IMG/VR virus record: IMGVR_UViG_2834443690_000002
Location: 1-64,000 of that record
Source of the DNA: a virus
Taxonomy: Duplodnaviria; Caudoviricetes
Direction: 5' to 3' (one strand)
Length of the DNA stretch: 64,000 bases
Program-made: the position numbers and the translations under genes
In this document: piece by piece, positions 49,943 through 60,481 of the stretch
Layout: each line of letters starts with the position of its first letter
Numbering within the stretch: position 1 is the first letter of the stretch
Notes under the pieces: model-generated
Seen by the model: only the letters and a program-made list of their open reading frames with translations
What the model was told of the DNA's origin: nothing
Databases searched by the model: none

Positions 49943-51604
49943 TTAAGAAATCGGCTTGTTCATATAAAGGTTTATTCCATGTTTTTTGAAAATGCAATTG
50001 TCACCTTTATTACAAATTTCAACGTCTATTTCTTTATTTAATACAACTAATTTCTTCTTTAAATTTGAATCTAGGCATGAAGTTGAACAAAATATTTTCT
50101 CCCTATAAAAAATAGAGAATATCTCGGTAATATCCTCATCCTTTACCGAGTAGACCTTTTTAAGATCTTCGATTGTATTATTTAAAGTATTCCCAGTTAC
50201 TATTACATCAGTAATTAATATAATACTCATATCCTTAGGTATTTCCAAATTTGTTTCATGTTTACTATGATAGGCCTTATATCTCTCTGGTATTATGTAA
50301 GAAAAAGGGTTACCTGTCATAAATCCAATATATGAAGCCATCCGTAACCCATTAATGTCTATACCCAGTAAATAGCAATTATTACCTTGAATCCTATTAA
50401 TAAATTTACTGGTAATCGAATCAAAATATAATGGATTCGTTAACAATTTTGGAACATCAATCCAATCTCTTGCACAGTTATTACCATCTATTTCCCAATG
50501 CCCACTTTGAATCAATCTATCAGTTATAACCCATTGTGTTATAGTTTTTTGAAATTCGTCATCTAATAGTCTAACTTCATCTGAATTAGTAAAAGAGTCT
50601 GAGACACCATCTACTACTTCGGAACCCCCCCGTTCTTCTTCACTAGCTGTCTTATTCATATTATTATGTTCAATTAATGGATTTAATGGTCTATCCTTAC
50701 TTTGAATCTTCTCTAGCAATTCACCAGTTGCTTGAATTTTTATTGTATTGAAATTCCATCCTAATAGAAAGTCTGGAAAGTAGTAGACTATTTTCTTATT
50801 AAAATCATCTAACTCATTCATAATCTTATCTCGGACTTCAATTAATAAGTCCACATCTGTTTCAAAGTTCCCTTCACTCGTAATTGTTGATTCACGGGGT
50901 AACAATAATATTACATGAGGATCATTTGGATCTATTTTAGGCATATGAAGGATATCACACTTTCTCCAGTGAGGTTCAGATTTTTCCTCCTTCATGTAAC
51001 CTTTATGTTCAATTAGGACTCTGTTCGAATTAATATCTAACTCATCAGCTAATCTTAGAAGCCCAGATAAAACTCTTACGTTTATAGGTTCATGCATCTT
51101 TCCTGGAACAAATTGTTCTTTTGTGGGTAACATATCCATTGTCTTCTGTCCGTTCTGATTTTTTATGTCACTATGGCCAAAAATAACAAAACCAATACTA
51201 TCTGCCTCATCAGGGGTTAAAACCATAGACAAAGCAGAATTAAATTCCTTAACGGTATCAATAACATATTTCATTCCAGCCTGGCTGTGTTCAGGACGTT
51301 TCAATGGATTGTAGGTCATCATTATGTCGTGCAAAATTACTGCTACATCTAAGATAAATAAGTGTTCAGTATTAATTGAACGATAAGAAGAATCAGGGAT
51401 TAACCAGCTTAAAATATTATAGATGTTTACACAATGTCCTGAATAATCATGTGGAGTCATTGTTACTCCTTCTTCTTGTATTAACGGCCCTTTATCTAAT
51501 TTGGGGGCATAAACATCTCGGACTATTTTCCACCTGTGAAAATAATCTCCTGTCTCCTTAAGTTTAGAAATACATTTATAACTCACTTCAATAGGTTCTT
51601 GCAT
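49943..51604 (-). CDS. HD phosphohydrolase fused to type I phosphoribosyltransferase domain
   Basis: TPHD...H, ILHDI, H, GH, LRLADELD; then SGH...WID, GIDING, ILITDVIVTGNT. Confidence 0.8.
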   Translation of the reverse strand: MQEPIEVSYKCISKLKETGDYFHRWKIVRDVYAPKLDKGPLIQEEGVTMTPHDYSGHCVNIYNILSWLIPDSSYRSINTEHLFILDVAVILHDIMMTYNPLKRPEHSQAGMKYVIDTVKEFNSALSMVLTPDEADSIGFVIFGHSDIKNQNGQKTMDMLPTKEQFVPGKMHEPINVRVLSGLLRLADELDINSNRVLIEHKGYMKEEKSEPHWRKCDILHMPKIDPNDPHVILLLPRESTITSEGNFETDVDLLIEVRDKIMNELDDFNKKIVYYFPDFLLGWNFNTIKIQATGELLEKIQSKDRPLNPLIEHNNMNKTASEEERGGSEVVDGVSDSFTNSDEVRLLDDEFQKTITQWVITDRLIQSGHWEIDGNNCARDWIDVPKLLTNPLYFDSITSKFINRIQGNNCYLLGIDINGLRMASYIGFMTGNPFSYIIPERYKAYHSKHETNLEIPKDMSIILITDVIVTGNTLNNTIEDLKKVYSVKDEDITEIFSIFYREKIFCSTSCLDSNLKKKLVVLNKEIDVEICNKGDNCIFKKHGINLYMNKPIS

Positions 51605-51606
51605 TG

Positions 51607-52593
51607 TTACCCCTCACCAGCTTCAATATGTTCTCTTTTTTCAAAGTAAACCTCATAGCTAAGATTACAATCTGTATTAATATCTATTAAAGAAAAAACT
51701 TTATGCTTATTTTCACGATCTTCAAATCTATATTTAGCCACTCCAACAGCCCCGACGAGATCTGCATCTTTAGTATTTACGACAGTTTTAGTTATTTTAA
51801 ACTCCGTGCCTAAGCAAATAAAATCATATATAAAAAGGTATCTTTTTTTGGGTATAATACTATTCAATAATTCTTTATCCCTAATAGTCAGATGAGGTCC
51901 CAGATTCATTAAATACAGAACATCTTTATTTAATATCTTTCCAATAATTGTCGATAAAGCAGATCCGTTATTACTTGAACTAACCAAAGCATCAAATCGT
52001 TTATTAAAGTGAGTTACTACAAGGTTACATAATTCATAGATTATTAGACTGTACATCTTTCGATTGTTAAATATCTTTTTTATATCTACATACATGTTGC
52101 TATAAACACTTGAAGATTCTAAAAATTGTTCTTCCATAATAACAATTTCTTTAACATAAAGCCCAATTATCTTTTTTTTATAATCTATTATATATTCTTG
52201 ATAGTTACCAATTGAATCAATAAATTCAATTCCTATGTGATTTGAAAGAGCAGTTTTCGTTTTATCATAAATTACTAGCCCATAACAATCAGCATTATGA
52301 ATGAAGTTCGATATTCTATTGTTAAGATTAACAAAAATAATAGTCTTTTCAGTACTGCTTAAAATATCTGCAAATATTTCAAAGACCCTCGATTCAGTCA
52401 TTTTGATTCTACAAAAATCCAAAAAGTAATACTTTGCTTTAGTTTTGCTGACTTCTTCAAAGATACTTTCTACAAGTGAAAGGTTGACATAATCTTTTTC
52501 AAAGTTTATTTCACCCTGAAAGAAAATTGTATTTAAATGCAAAGGTATGTAAATGCAATTATTAGAAAAACCGTAAGATAATAACATTTTCAC
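51607..52593 (-). CDS. STAS-like domain fused to type I PRTase-like domain
   Basis: YFLDFCRIKMTES; ESSSVYSNMYVDIK, SSSNNG, LFIYDFICLGTE. Confidence 0.7.
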   Translation of the reverse strand: MKMLLSYGFSNNCIYIPLHLNTIFFQGEINFEKDYVNLSLVESIFEEVSKTKAKYYFLDFCRIKMTESRVFEIFADILSSTEKTIIFVNLNNRISNFIHNADCYGLVIYDKTKTALSNHIGIEFIDSIGNYQEYIIDYKKKIIGLYVKEIVIMEEQFLESSSVYSNMYVDIKKIFNNRKMYSLIIYELCNLVVTHFNKRFDALVSSSNNGSALSTIIGKILNKDVLYLMNLGPHLTIRDKELLNSIIPKKRYLFIYDFICLGTEFKITKTVVNTKDADLVGAVGVAKYRFEDRENKHKVFSLIDINTDCNLSYEVYFEKREHIEAGEG

Positions 52594-53606
52594 TCATCCA
52601 TTCTTAAAGGTATTTCTATTTCTAAATGGCAGCCCTTTAAACGACTCTCATTTTTCCTAAAAGGAGAAAATTGCATATCTGATTTTTTATTTGCTAATTT
52701 AATATAATCGAGATATTCATCCAATTCATTTGGATTATTAATATATCTTAAAAATGTATTCTTTGTAAATATTAATTGAGTATCCTCGGAATGGACTCTA
52801 ATAACTCCATCTTGTTCAAAGACGTATTTAAACACTTGAAAAATACCATATTCATCATTTTTCTTTCTATAAAAAATGGCTTCTAAAATACCAAATAAAT
52901 TTTTATGTTTGTCAATATCTAACAAAGTATATTGTGATTTAGAGATGAAATTCAACTCATTAATTTTAGAAAGCTGTTTTAGAATTGAATTATAATACCC
53001 TATACCATAATCACTAATGGAAATGTATGCTTTCTTATGCTTTATATTACTGCCTATATTAGACTGGAAGGTTGATATGCATCTACTTCCACTATGAATA
53101 CAGGCATTGCAGCAAATTTCTGTAAGAGTATTTAGTAAATCATCTAGAGTGTTCTCGGAATACTTTTCTTCGATAAGTAGTTTAATAGATTTATTAAGAG
53201 TATATCTAATATCCCCTTTAGTTGCCCCCGGTTCGAAAATAAATGTCTTGCAAGCATGATTAATCTTTCCTGACTCATAACCACCAATTAATCTTTCATC
53301 TAAATTAAAAATCTTATATTTTCGTACTATTGCAAAGAAGCCTATATCATCTAAGTAAGATAGTAGTTCTGGCTTCCAAGGAATGTATAGCTCCACAGGC
53401 TTTACAAAATATTCTTTCAGTATGAATCCTACTGCAATAATATTAGGGATCACCAATGGATTAATGAAATTTACGTTGGAAAAATCCAGAAGGAGACTTT
53501 TTGATAATTTCCTTTCAAAATAAATGTGTAGTTGTGGTAGAATTTTACTATAGAAACTATAAGAAGTAACGTTTTCATCAAAATCAACAAGATAATATTC
53601 TTCCAT
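52590..53606 (-). CDS. STAS-like domain fused to GHKL/HATPase (RsbW-like kinase)
   Basis: LLLDFSNVNFINP; N-box EICCNACIHS, G1 ISDYGIG, EYGI, KGCHLEIEIP; no HisKA H-box seen. Confidence 0.78.
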   Translation of the reverse strand: MEEYYLVDFDENVTSYSFYSKILPQLHIYFERKLSKSLLLDFSNVNFINPLVIPNIIAVGFILKEYFVKPVELYIPWKPELLSYLDDIGFFAIVRKYKIFNLDERLIGGYESGKINHACKTFIFEPGATKGDIRYTLNKSIKLLIEEKYSENTLDDLLNTLTEICCNACIHSGSRCISTFQSNIGSNIKHKKAYISISDYGIGYYNSILKQLSKINELNFISKSQYTLLDIDKHKNLFGILEAIFYRKKNDEYGIFQVFKYVFEQDGVIRVHSEDTQLIFTKNTFLRYINNPNELDEYLDYIKLANKKSDMQFSPFRKNESRLKGCHLEIEIPLRMDE

Positions 53607-54080
53607 TAAAACACCCTTTTCAAAAATACACTTATTATGGCTATTCTTCTTTTAATTGAAAAAATCCTGCCAGTTAAAGAAGAACATTCCAGGAAAACAA
53701 TAAAATGTGACATAGGCACCCCTTCCTAAGAAACACTCCCTATGCCATATTGCCTATACTTGATGCAGGGAACCCACGTTCACTAATGTTTAGATACGAC
53801 TCTTCTCGATCTTGTTGGAAGTGCAGGCTTCACTTGTACTATGAACGTATATAGAGCCACCCCTTTGAGGTTATTTCGAACGTTGAAAGGTGGGGTTCTG
53901 TAATTTCTAAAAATACTTTGGCTTAGAATCTGCCAAATCCCACGGCAGTCCTACATTTCATTTGCTCCCCAGCAGAAAAACTAGTCACCTCCTAGCACTG
54001 TTAGCTTGAGGGTGACTTGAAGTATTTTATGACATATCAAGAACTTCTTGAAACTCAGCAGAAGAAAAGTTCCTGATGCA

Positions 54081-54932
54081 TTATATTTCTGACAATCGTC
54101 TTGACACTCTCTCAAATTCAAAAACAATGTTCCACGGTTCAAAATGAGTTAGTTTAGATGTGAGCTGTATAGTACTGTTAATTTTAATATAAAGTGAATT
54201 AATATCTTCATAAGAATAATTATCCACATCTTTATATTCTATTTTTATATCAAAGAGTTTAAATCTACCATTTACAGCATAATTATTATTAATGGGGTTT
54301 TTCATTTCAATATTCTTCTTGTAGCAATACAAAAGATTGCATAAGAATCCTTCCAACCAAGGTTCTGGTGGTGGTAATATTACATTATCTCCCTGTTTTA
54401 TAAGACTCTTTTTAAAGTAATCCTTATTATCTTTAGAATATGAATTGTATATGTTATTGTAATCTTCTTCACTTACTTTTAGCAATTTTACACTATTCAA
54501 GAAATCTTCTAAATTAGTTATTGATACTTTTAAATTTAATGCAGGGTATAACCCAACATTGTTCAATTCTAATGAAAAACTCTTTTCAGCTTCATTAACA
54601 TCGTCATCAGTTTTACAATCCTTATCAAGGAAATAATTACAAATACCAAATAAATTCAAATAATAGTAAGTCGAAAAGTCATTAAAATAAAGAAGTGGTC
54701 TATGATCTTCTTTAACTCTAATAATTGTGAAGTATATAGTTATTAACGTTGCTAATCCACCAATTGCTCCTCCAAAATAGCCAGTTAATGATTGAAACAT
54801 TGATGGATTATCACCAGCCGATGGTATGAAGTTAGTAATCAATACTAGAAAATTTAATATAAAGGGTAAAATAATTATTACCCCCAAAAAAATAAAGATC
54901 ATATTTTTAAATCTTTTATCCATTCCATCCAA
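54081..54932 (-). CDS. Two-TM membrane protein
   Basis: TM, GYFGGAIGGLATL helix, N.G..PA motif. Confidence 0.6.
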   Translation of the reverse strand: MDGMDKRFKNMIFIFLGVIIILPFILNFLVLITNFIPSAGDNPSMFQSLTGYFGGAIGGLATLITIYFTIIRVKEDHRPLLYFNDFSTYYYLNLFGICNYFLDKDCKTDDDVNEAEKSFSLELNNVGLYPALNLKVSITNLEDFLNSVKLLKVSEEDYNNIYNSYSKDNKDYFKKSLIKQGDNVILPPPEPWLEGFLCNLLYCYKKNIEMKNPINNNYAVNGRFKLFDIKIEYKDVDNYSYEDINSLYIKINSTIQLTSKLTHFEPWNIVFEFERVSRRLSEI

Positions 54933-55115
54933 TTGCAGCCCCCCCTCATCGAATGTTCATGTTTATTCTTAAACATTCCACATGTTTCCAATAATTCCTT
55001 CTTATAATAAAAAGAGCCGGTACGATCACGTATGATCCACCCTGGCTCTTTAGTTTTATCTTTATATGGGTCCGATGTCACGATTAAAATGATTGCAACC
55101 TAAAATATTTCATAT

Positions 55116-55763
55116 CTAGTTTACCTTATAAACCCATTTCGTTTGTGAATACTTTTCTTTTAACTGCTCAAGATCAAAGTCCAATGACATCTCATTTCCC
55201 AAATCCTTTATGACTCCCCATAAACCATTTTTATTGTCGGGGAATCCACTCATATAACTGTTAAATGGAATATTAGTTAGCATTTGAGCAGTGGGGTCTA
55301 ACCCTTCAAATTTTATTCCATAAATCCCTTTTGTTTGTTCTTTCGTGTCAATATCATACCCTTTAATAACTGGGGCAAACATCATTCCATAATCAAGGTT
55401 TTTATAAACAGATACATCAAATATTTTATCCTCAACCTCAACCCAAGAATGATCAAAAAAGCCTCGATCACCCCTAACTTCACCTACACAAAGAGTGGGA
55501 CTAAGTCCTATCTCACTTAGCAGCACATATAATACTGATGACACTGCATGACAAGCCCCTGCCCAATTTTTCCTTTCAATATATTCCAGTGTGGTGAAAA
55601 AAACTGCTAGAATGGAATCCCTTTGTGGTTCATTAGCCAAAATCTCTAAGGCATTAACCTTCCATGTTGCAAACTTGTCTGACTCTGGCTTGTTCAGACA
55701 ACAATGTTTGTATTTTTTGCCACTTCCACACGGGCAAGATTCATTTCTTCCAACGTTGCTCAT
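55116..55763 (-). CDS. SEC-C motif plus transglutaminase-like domain
   Basis: GRNESCPCGSGKKYKHCC; GACH, HSWVE, FD triad. Confidence 0.75.
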   Translation of the reverse strand: MSNVGRNESCPCGSGKKYKHCCLNKPESDKFATWKVNALEILANEPQRDSILAVFFTTLEYIERKNWAGACHAVSSVLYVLLSEIGLSPTLCVGEVRGDRGFFDHSWVEVEDKIFDVSVYKNLDYGMMFAPVIKGYDIDTKEQTKGIYGIKFEGLDPTAQMLTNIPFNSYMSGFPDNKNGLWGVIKDLGNEMSLDFDLEQLKEKYSQTKWVYKVN

Positions 55764-56041
55764 TCAATTCTCACCTTCAATCACAATTTAATATGTAAGA
55801 CATTCTTTTCACTAAACTTACATATTCAACATAAGCCTACATAAACCTGCAAATAATCAGGGATTTAGGATGTTAATATGACGTAAAAAAGATGCCCGTG
55901 ATCGGACATCTAGCAAATAAATACTTCTACTTTGATTTTCCGTCCTAACAAGACACTCTATCAATACTATTGTCACTTATAATGACGTAAAAACCTTTTA
56001 GCTACTTCTACTTGACTCGTTAGAACTACGAGGTTACCTAG

Positions 56042-56542
56042 TCAATTAGAACTTGGCCAAGGCAGTTCTATTGTTGGATCAAAGCATAACTCATCATAGA
56101 TACCGTCAAATCTTAGTACATGGTTACCCTGGAAGTGGCTGGTTCTCTGTTTACTCATAAGATCACTAAAATAATCCGGTTTAAAATTATGTTTATTGCA
56201 GAATGACCAGGACTCATACGTGTTAGCACACTCAACCATGATACCTTCAAATCCTTTTTTAGCTCCGTAATCTTTAAGGATATTCAGAATCAAAGTTCCC
56301 TGGCCCACCCTTTGGTTCCTAAGAGAAATGGTGGAAATAATGAGATATCGAGAGTCCCTTTTGAGATATATTTCCGACCCAATATCCCCCTGAAAAAAAA
56401 CATCTTTACCATATGGAGTCTCTGTTATTACGGGTACTTTCCCTGAATCGTTTTGAATTATTGTTTTAATCTCTTGTAATTCGTCAGGGCTGATCTTAAT
56501 CTTTTTTGTTTCCCTACAACGTATTCTCAAATCCTCTTTCAC
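56042..56542 (-). CDS. GNAT-like acetyltransferase
   Basis: QRVGQGT motif A; ...N..S..F..K..F. Confidence 0.55.
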   Translation of the reverse strand: MKEDLRIRCRETKKIKISPDELQEIKTIIQNDSGKVPVITETPYGKDVFFQGDIGSEIYLKRDSRYLIISTISLRNQRVGQGTLILNILKDYGAKKGFEGIMVECANTYESWSFCNKHNFKPDYFSDLMSKQRTSHFQGNHVLRFDGIYDELCFDPTIELPWPSSN

Positions 56543-56619
56543 CGTTCAGAACCTCACTTTATATTACTTCTTTTTTGTAAATAGGCTTGCTTATATATCA
56601 CAAGCCCCTTTGCAATTGA

Positions 56620-57261
56620 TCATGAATGGAAGACTTCATTTTCGGGCACTTGCTCTACCTCCAATATTGTCTCTACCAATTCAGTTAATCTATTTACTTC
56701 CTCAACGTCTTCAGCATCAATTAGCCAATAAATGGAGAAGAACTCCTTAACTTTGCTGATAGACATATAGTTATAACCAAACCCCATTGATACAGACGTG
56801 TCAATATCATATATATTTGAAATTTCTTCATAGTCAAGTTCTTTGGTGTATCTAATACCATTTTCCACTAAGTAAATTCTAAATCTCTCACCGAAAGTCC
56901 CTGGTCTAAGAAGATCTTCCTTATAGAAATGAACAAATTGCTTATAAAGTTTTTGAAGTTGCCCAGGTTCGAAGGCTTTAAACTTATAGAACCTAGTGAT
57001 CTCTACATTTCTAAGCCTTTTCTCATTTTTCTGAGTAGGTTCTGAATCGGATACTTTCACGACATTGCTTAGAGTATATATTTTTGCAGTCTTTTCCACT
57101 TTAGCACCGATCAACTCTTTATCACCGGCTAAAGCAATATTTTCCTTATTCATCTGGTCAATTAGGGACGAAGCAAACTCAATAACCTTATAAAGCTGTC
57201 GTGTAGACATCGAATTGGCAATAATGTTAAGTTTGTCCCGAAGTTCATCCTCAGATGTCAT
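56620..57261 (-). CDS. Hypothetical protein
   Basis: 213-aa ORF with GGAGG RBS. Confidence 0.55.
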   Translation of the reverse strand: MTSEDELRDKLNIIANSMSTRQLYKVIEFASSLIDQMNKENIALAGDKELIGAKVEKTAKIYTLSNVVKVSDSEPTQKNEKRLRNVEITRFYKFKAFEPGQLQKLYKQFVHFYKEDLLRPGTFGERFRIYLVENGIRYTKELDYEEISNIYDIDTSVSMGFGYNYMSISKVKEFFSIYWLIDAEDVEEVNRLTELVETILEVEQVPENEVFHS

Positions 57262-57286
57262 CTAATAACCTCCCAATAATAGCAAA

Positions 57287-57514
57287 TTAACGGTCGTTCT
57301 GTTCTGCATGAGCCGTCAATTCTTCTGCAACGACCTTAACGTCCTTGGATACATGCTCAATCAGTATTGTCAGCTTGTCCACTTTCTGATCTAAGCCCTC
57401 AACTTTCTGGTCTAAACTACCCAACTTCTGATTTACCTCGACTATATCAGCCTTGATGCCATCTAATTCTCCCAACTTTGACAAAACTAATCTTTGAAAT
57501 TCCCCGTTATCCAT
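57287..57514 (-). CDS. Short heptad-repeat coiled-coil protein
   Basis: LDQKVEGLDQKVDKL; GGAGG RBS before MDNGE. Confidence 0.55.
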   Translation of the reverse strand: MDNGEFQRLVLSKLGELDGIKADIVEVNQKLGSLDQKVEGLDQKVDKLTILIEHVSKDVKVVAEELTAHAEQNDR

Positions 57515-57700
57515 TAGGTTTCCTCCCATTATGCTCTTACAGGCATACAACCCTATATGATCACAAAGTTACAAGACACTTCTTCTTAACTTGAGTCCCA
57601 TAAGAATTTTCACCTACTGTTGAATCGAGACGGCCTATTCAATTTCGGCAATAAGTTTGAAAACCCTTCTCAAGTTGCATCAAATTACCAATTGGGAATA

Positions 57701-58185
57701 AGTGGATTTCAGCTCGTTTTTGTGTAATTAGATTGTGAAGGGGGAACTAACGATGACGGAAAAGAGAAATATTTCAACATTGGGCAATCTCAAAATAATG
57801 CCTAGTATTCGTAGGAATTGCTGTGCAGGTTCTGGATAGATTATTTCTTGCTCACCTTCATACTTTAACGAAGCACTAATTAATCTGCCTAAAACTACCA
57901 ATCAAAAAAGAGTGAATTTCGGGTCGTATTACACCAATTAACCAATGAAAGGATTAATTGACCTTGTTGATTGTGTTTCACCATTAATTACCAAGAGGAA
58001 ATGAGTGAATTTCGAACCGTTTCCCACCAATTAACTTATGAAGGGGTAATTAAACAATGATAAAAGGAGAATTCCATATGACAAAGAAAGAACGTGCTTC
58101 CCCTACAACTAAAACGTCCCCAAAAGTGTTATGTATTCCAAGTGAATTTTGGCCTAATATTGTTTAATTAACTTACGAGAGGGTT
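57701..58185 (+). repeat. Four imperfect 45-bp promoter-like direct repeats
   Basis: AGTGRATTT-N16-AATTA-N6-GARRGG aligned without gaps at 57701, 57911, 58004, 58141. Confidence 0.7.
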
Positions 58186-58505
58186 TATCAAATTACACGA
58201 AAGGAGCCAAGGATGATTTAACAGGCATGTGCTTATCCTTTTTCAAAACAATGACTCCATAGTTTATTGTAACTTATATAAAGGGTAGATGCTTCCCGGA
58301 ATTTGGACAAATAGTTTTTAGCTAAGGCAACCCCCAATCCTTAATAGAAATTTAAATCAAAACTTCATATTGTTAGGCAATGAATATTCGAACAGCCTAA
58401 TTAACAGCAAACCGTGTGGATTTGGACCAGACGGATTTTTTGTTGTCCTCTTTCCAGACCAATCCAAAATCCGAATCTTAAAACCTCAAAAATCATAAAA
58501 GGAGA

Positions 58506-59288
58506 ATGAAAGTAATGAATAACTTAAAAAACACCAACAACGTGGAACAAATCTTCAACTTTATGGGGACTTCAATCAGAGTAGTCATGATCGATGGTGA
58601 ACCGTGGTTCGTGGCAAAGGACGTTTGTGACATTTTGGAGATTGGAAACCCTACTATGGCACTCCGTAGACTTAACCCTAACGAGAAGAATACCCTCAAT
58701 CTGATTGAGGGAAATAAGAAAGGCAATCCAAAAAAGAACGTTGTCAATGAGCCGGGACTGTACTCTTTAATAAGCAGAAGTGATAAACCAGAGGCAAAAG
58801 CATTTCAACATTGGGTAAACCATGAAGTGTTACCTAGCATTCGTAAAACTGGTGGGTACGTTGCTAATGACGATCTATTTATAGAGACTTACTTTCCATT
58901 TGCCGATGATCAAACTAAATCATTGTTCCGTGACACACTGGAAACAATCCGAAAGCAGAACAATGAAATTGCTATGATGCAACCCAAAGCTATTTTCTAC
59001 GATGCCCTTGTTGATCGGGGATTGCTCACAAACTTCCGTGATACTGCCAAAGAGTTGAAGATCGGGCAGAAAGAATTTATCAATTGGTTGATCGACAACG
59101 GATATGTTTATCGTGATGGTCGTGGAAAACTAAAGCCCTACAAACAGCATGTGCCAAAACTGTTTGAGATAAAGGAACCAAGTATGGATGATTGGCAAGG
59201 AGTCCAAACATTGATAACACCTATAGGTAAGAAGGTATTCTTCGAAAAGTTAACTAACACTGACACTGGCTCCACAAAAACAAAATAA
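58506..59288 (+). CDS. BRO-N / KilA-C (ANT) antirepressor
   Basis: GEPWFVAKDVC, NEPGLY, VLPSIRKTGGY, PKAIFYD, TP.GK. Confidence 0.9.
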   Translation: MKVMNNLKNTNNVEQIFNFMGTSIRVVMIDGEPWFVAKDVCDILEIGNPTMALRRLNPNEKNTLNLIEGNKKGNPKKNVVNEPGLYSLISRSDKPEAKAFQHWVNHEVLPSIRKTGGYVANDDLFIETYFPFADDQTKSLFRDTLETIRKQNNEIAMMQPKAIFYDALVDRGLLTNFRDTAKELKIGQKEFINWLIDNGYVYRDGRGKLKPYKQHVPKLFEIKEPSMDDWQGVQTLITPIGKKVFFEKLTNTDTGSTKTK

Positions 59289-59622
59289 ACATCAAGGTTA
59301 GATAACATTTGGATAATTAAGAAATACAAAAAACAAAAAATACCAGAAAAATATGCCATATATCATTTCAAAATGGAATTCTTAGATCTGAATAATTATG
59401 GAGTATTCTTGATTCATTAGTATAATAGCTGCTCTCTATATACGATTACAAACCTAAACCATCGGGACGTGATTTTTTTTGTTTCGAGGTGATTGGTGCT
59501 TCTGCCGTCACCTCTTTTGTTTGGTCTAGAAACTCCCGTACTAGGCTTAGGCTTCAATTCGATTTCAACAAAAATAATCAATCAACTTTGTCTAGCAAAC
59601 AAAAATAATAGGAGGTATCACC

Positions 59623-60330
59623 ATGTTATTTAATCGTAAAAATGCTCGAATTACTCTCAAGTTAATTGATGTAAATTCAAGATTAACCCTTTCCTTAGCA
59701 GACTCTAGTCTTTCAACTGAAGAATATAAAAAATTGTTAGGTCAGAAAATTGTTACCATTAAGTGGATGGTGGAGCAGCAAATTAATTGCCTAGAGAATG
59801 CAGAAAAGGATCGTCAGTATGTTATTAATTATCTTAAAGGTGACCCAAAAGAACTACAATTTCTAAATACAATCGAAGTAACTAGCCGTCAAGCACACTG
59901 GGTGATAGCCAACTTAGGTTACGAACTTGAACCATTGTTGTTAGCTTATGGAGGGGTTGCAGATCGAAAGGAATTTGCTCAATTAATTAATGCTGGTGTC
60001 GTTGAGACAATGTGGAAAACTCAAGCTTGTGATTCCTTTGATAAAGACACAACGTATGAAGAATGGAAATATATCATGGAACATCTCTTTTTAAACTGGA
60101 TGATTGATAATCAATATCGTCCGTTCAAAAGTAATCCTCTTAGTTATGCTTTGTGGAAATCTAAAATTCAGAACAATCCTGAAACAGAATTTACGTTAGA
60201 CCCTGATTATATTAAGAGAAGGGTTGCAACTGATACAGATTTTTTGAAAGAAATCAATATGATGATAAACGGAACGGACACGGACTCTGAATCTAAATCA
60301 AATGTTATGGGGGGCTCTGATTTGTTCTAA
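59623..60330 (+). CDS. Hypothetical protein
   Basis: 235-aa ORF with AGGAGG RBS. Confidence 0.6.
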   Translation: MLFNRKNARITLKLIDVNSRLTLSLADSSLSTEEYKKLLGQKIVTIKWMVEQQINCLENAEKDRQYVINYLKGDPKELQFLNTIEVTSRQAHWVIANLGYELEPLLLAYGGVADRKEFAQLINAGVVETMWKTQACDSFDKDTTYEEWKYIMEHLFLNWMIDNQYRPFKSNPLSYALWKSKIQNNPETEFTLDPDYIKRRVATDTDFLKEINMMINGTDTDSESKSNVMGGSDLF

Positions 60331-60481
60331 TACCAAATGAGATTGAGGGGATGTTCAAACGGACTCCCCTCTATATCAGCAAGGCTCGATCAAGTTTATC
60401 GACCTTAAACCGACTGCACTTCATTCAGAAAAGTATTCAATTTACTTTTCAAGTACACTTGTATGTATCCTTTTTAATCTT

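Noticed and set aside
52590-53606. Classical two-component histidine kinase
   Set aside because: No H-box/HisKA segment and no receiver-domain partner recognisable
57701-58185. CRISPR array
   Set aside because: Repeats are degenerate with an internal variable region, spacing is irregular (210, 93, 137 bp), and no cas genes are present
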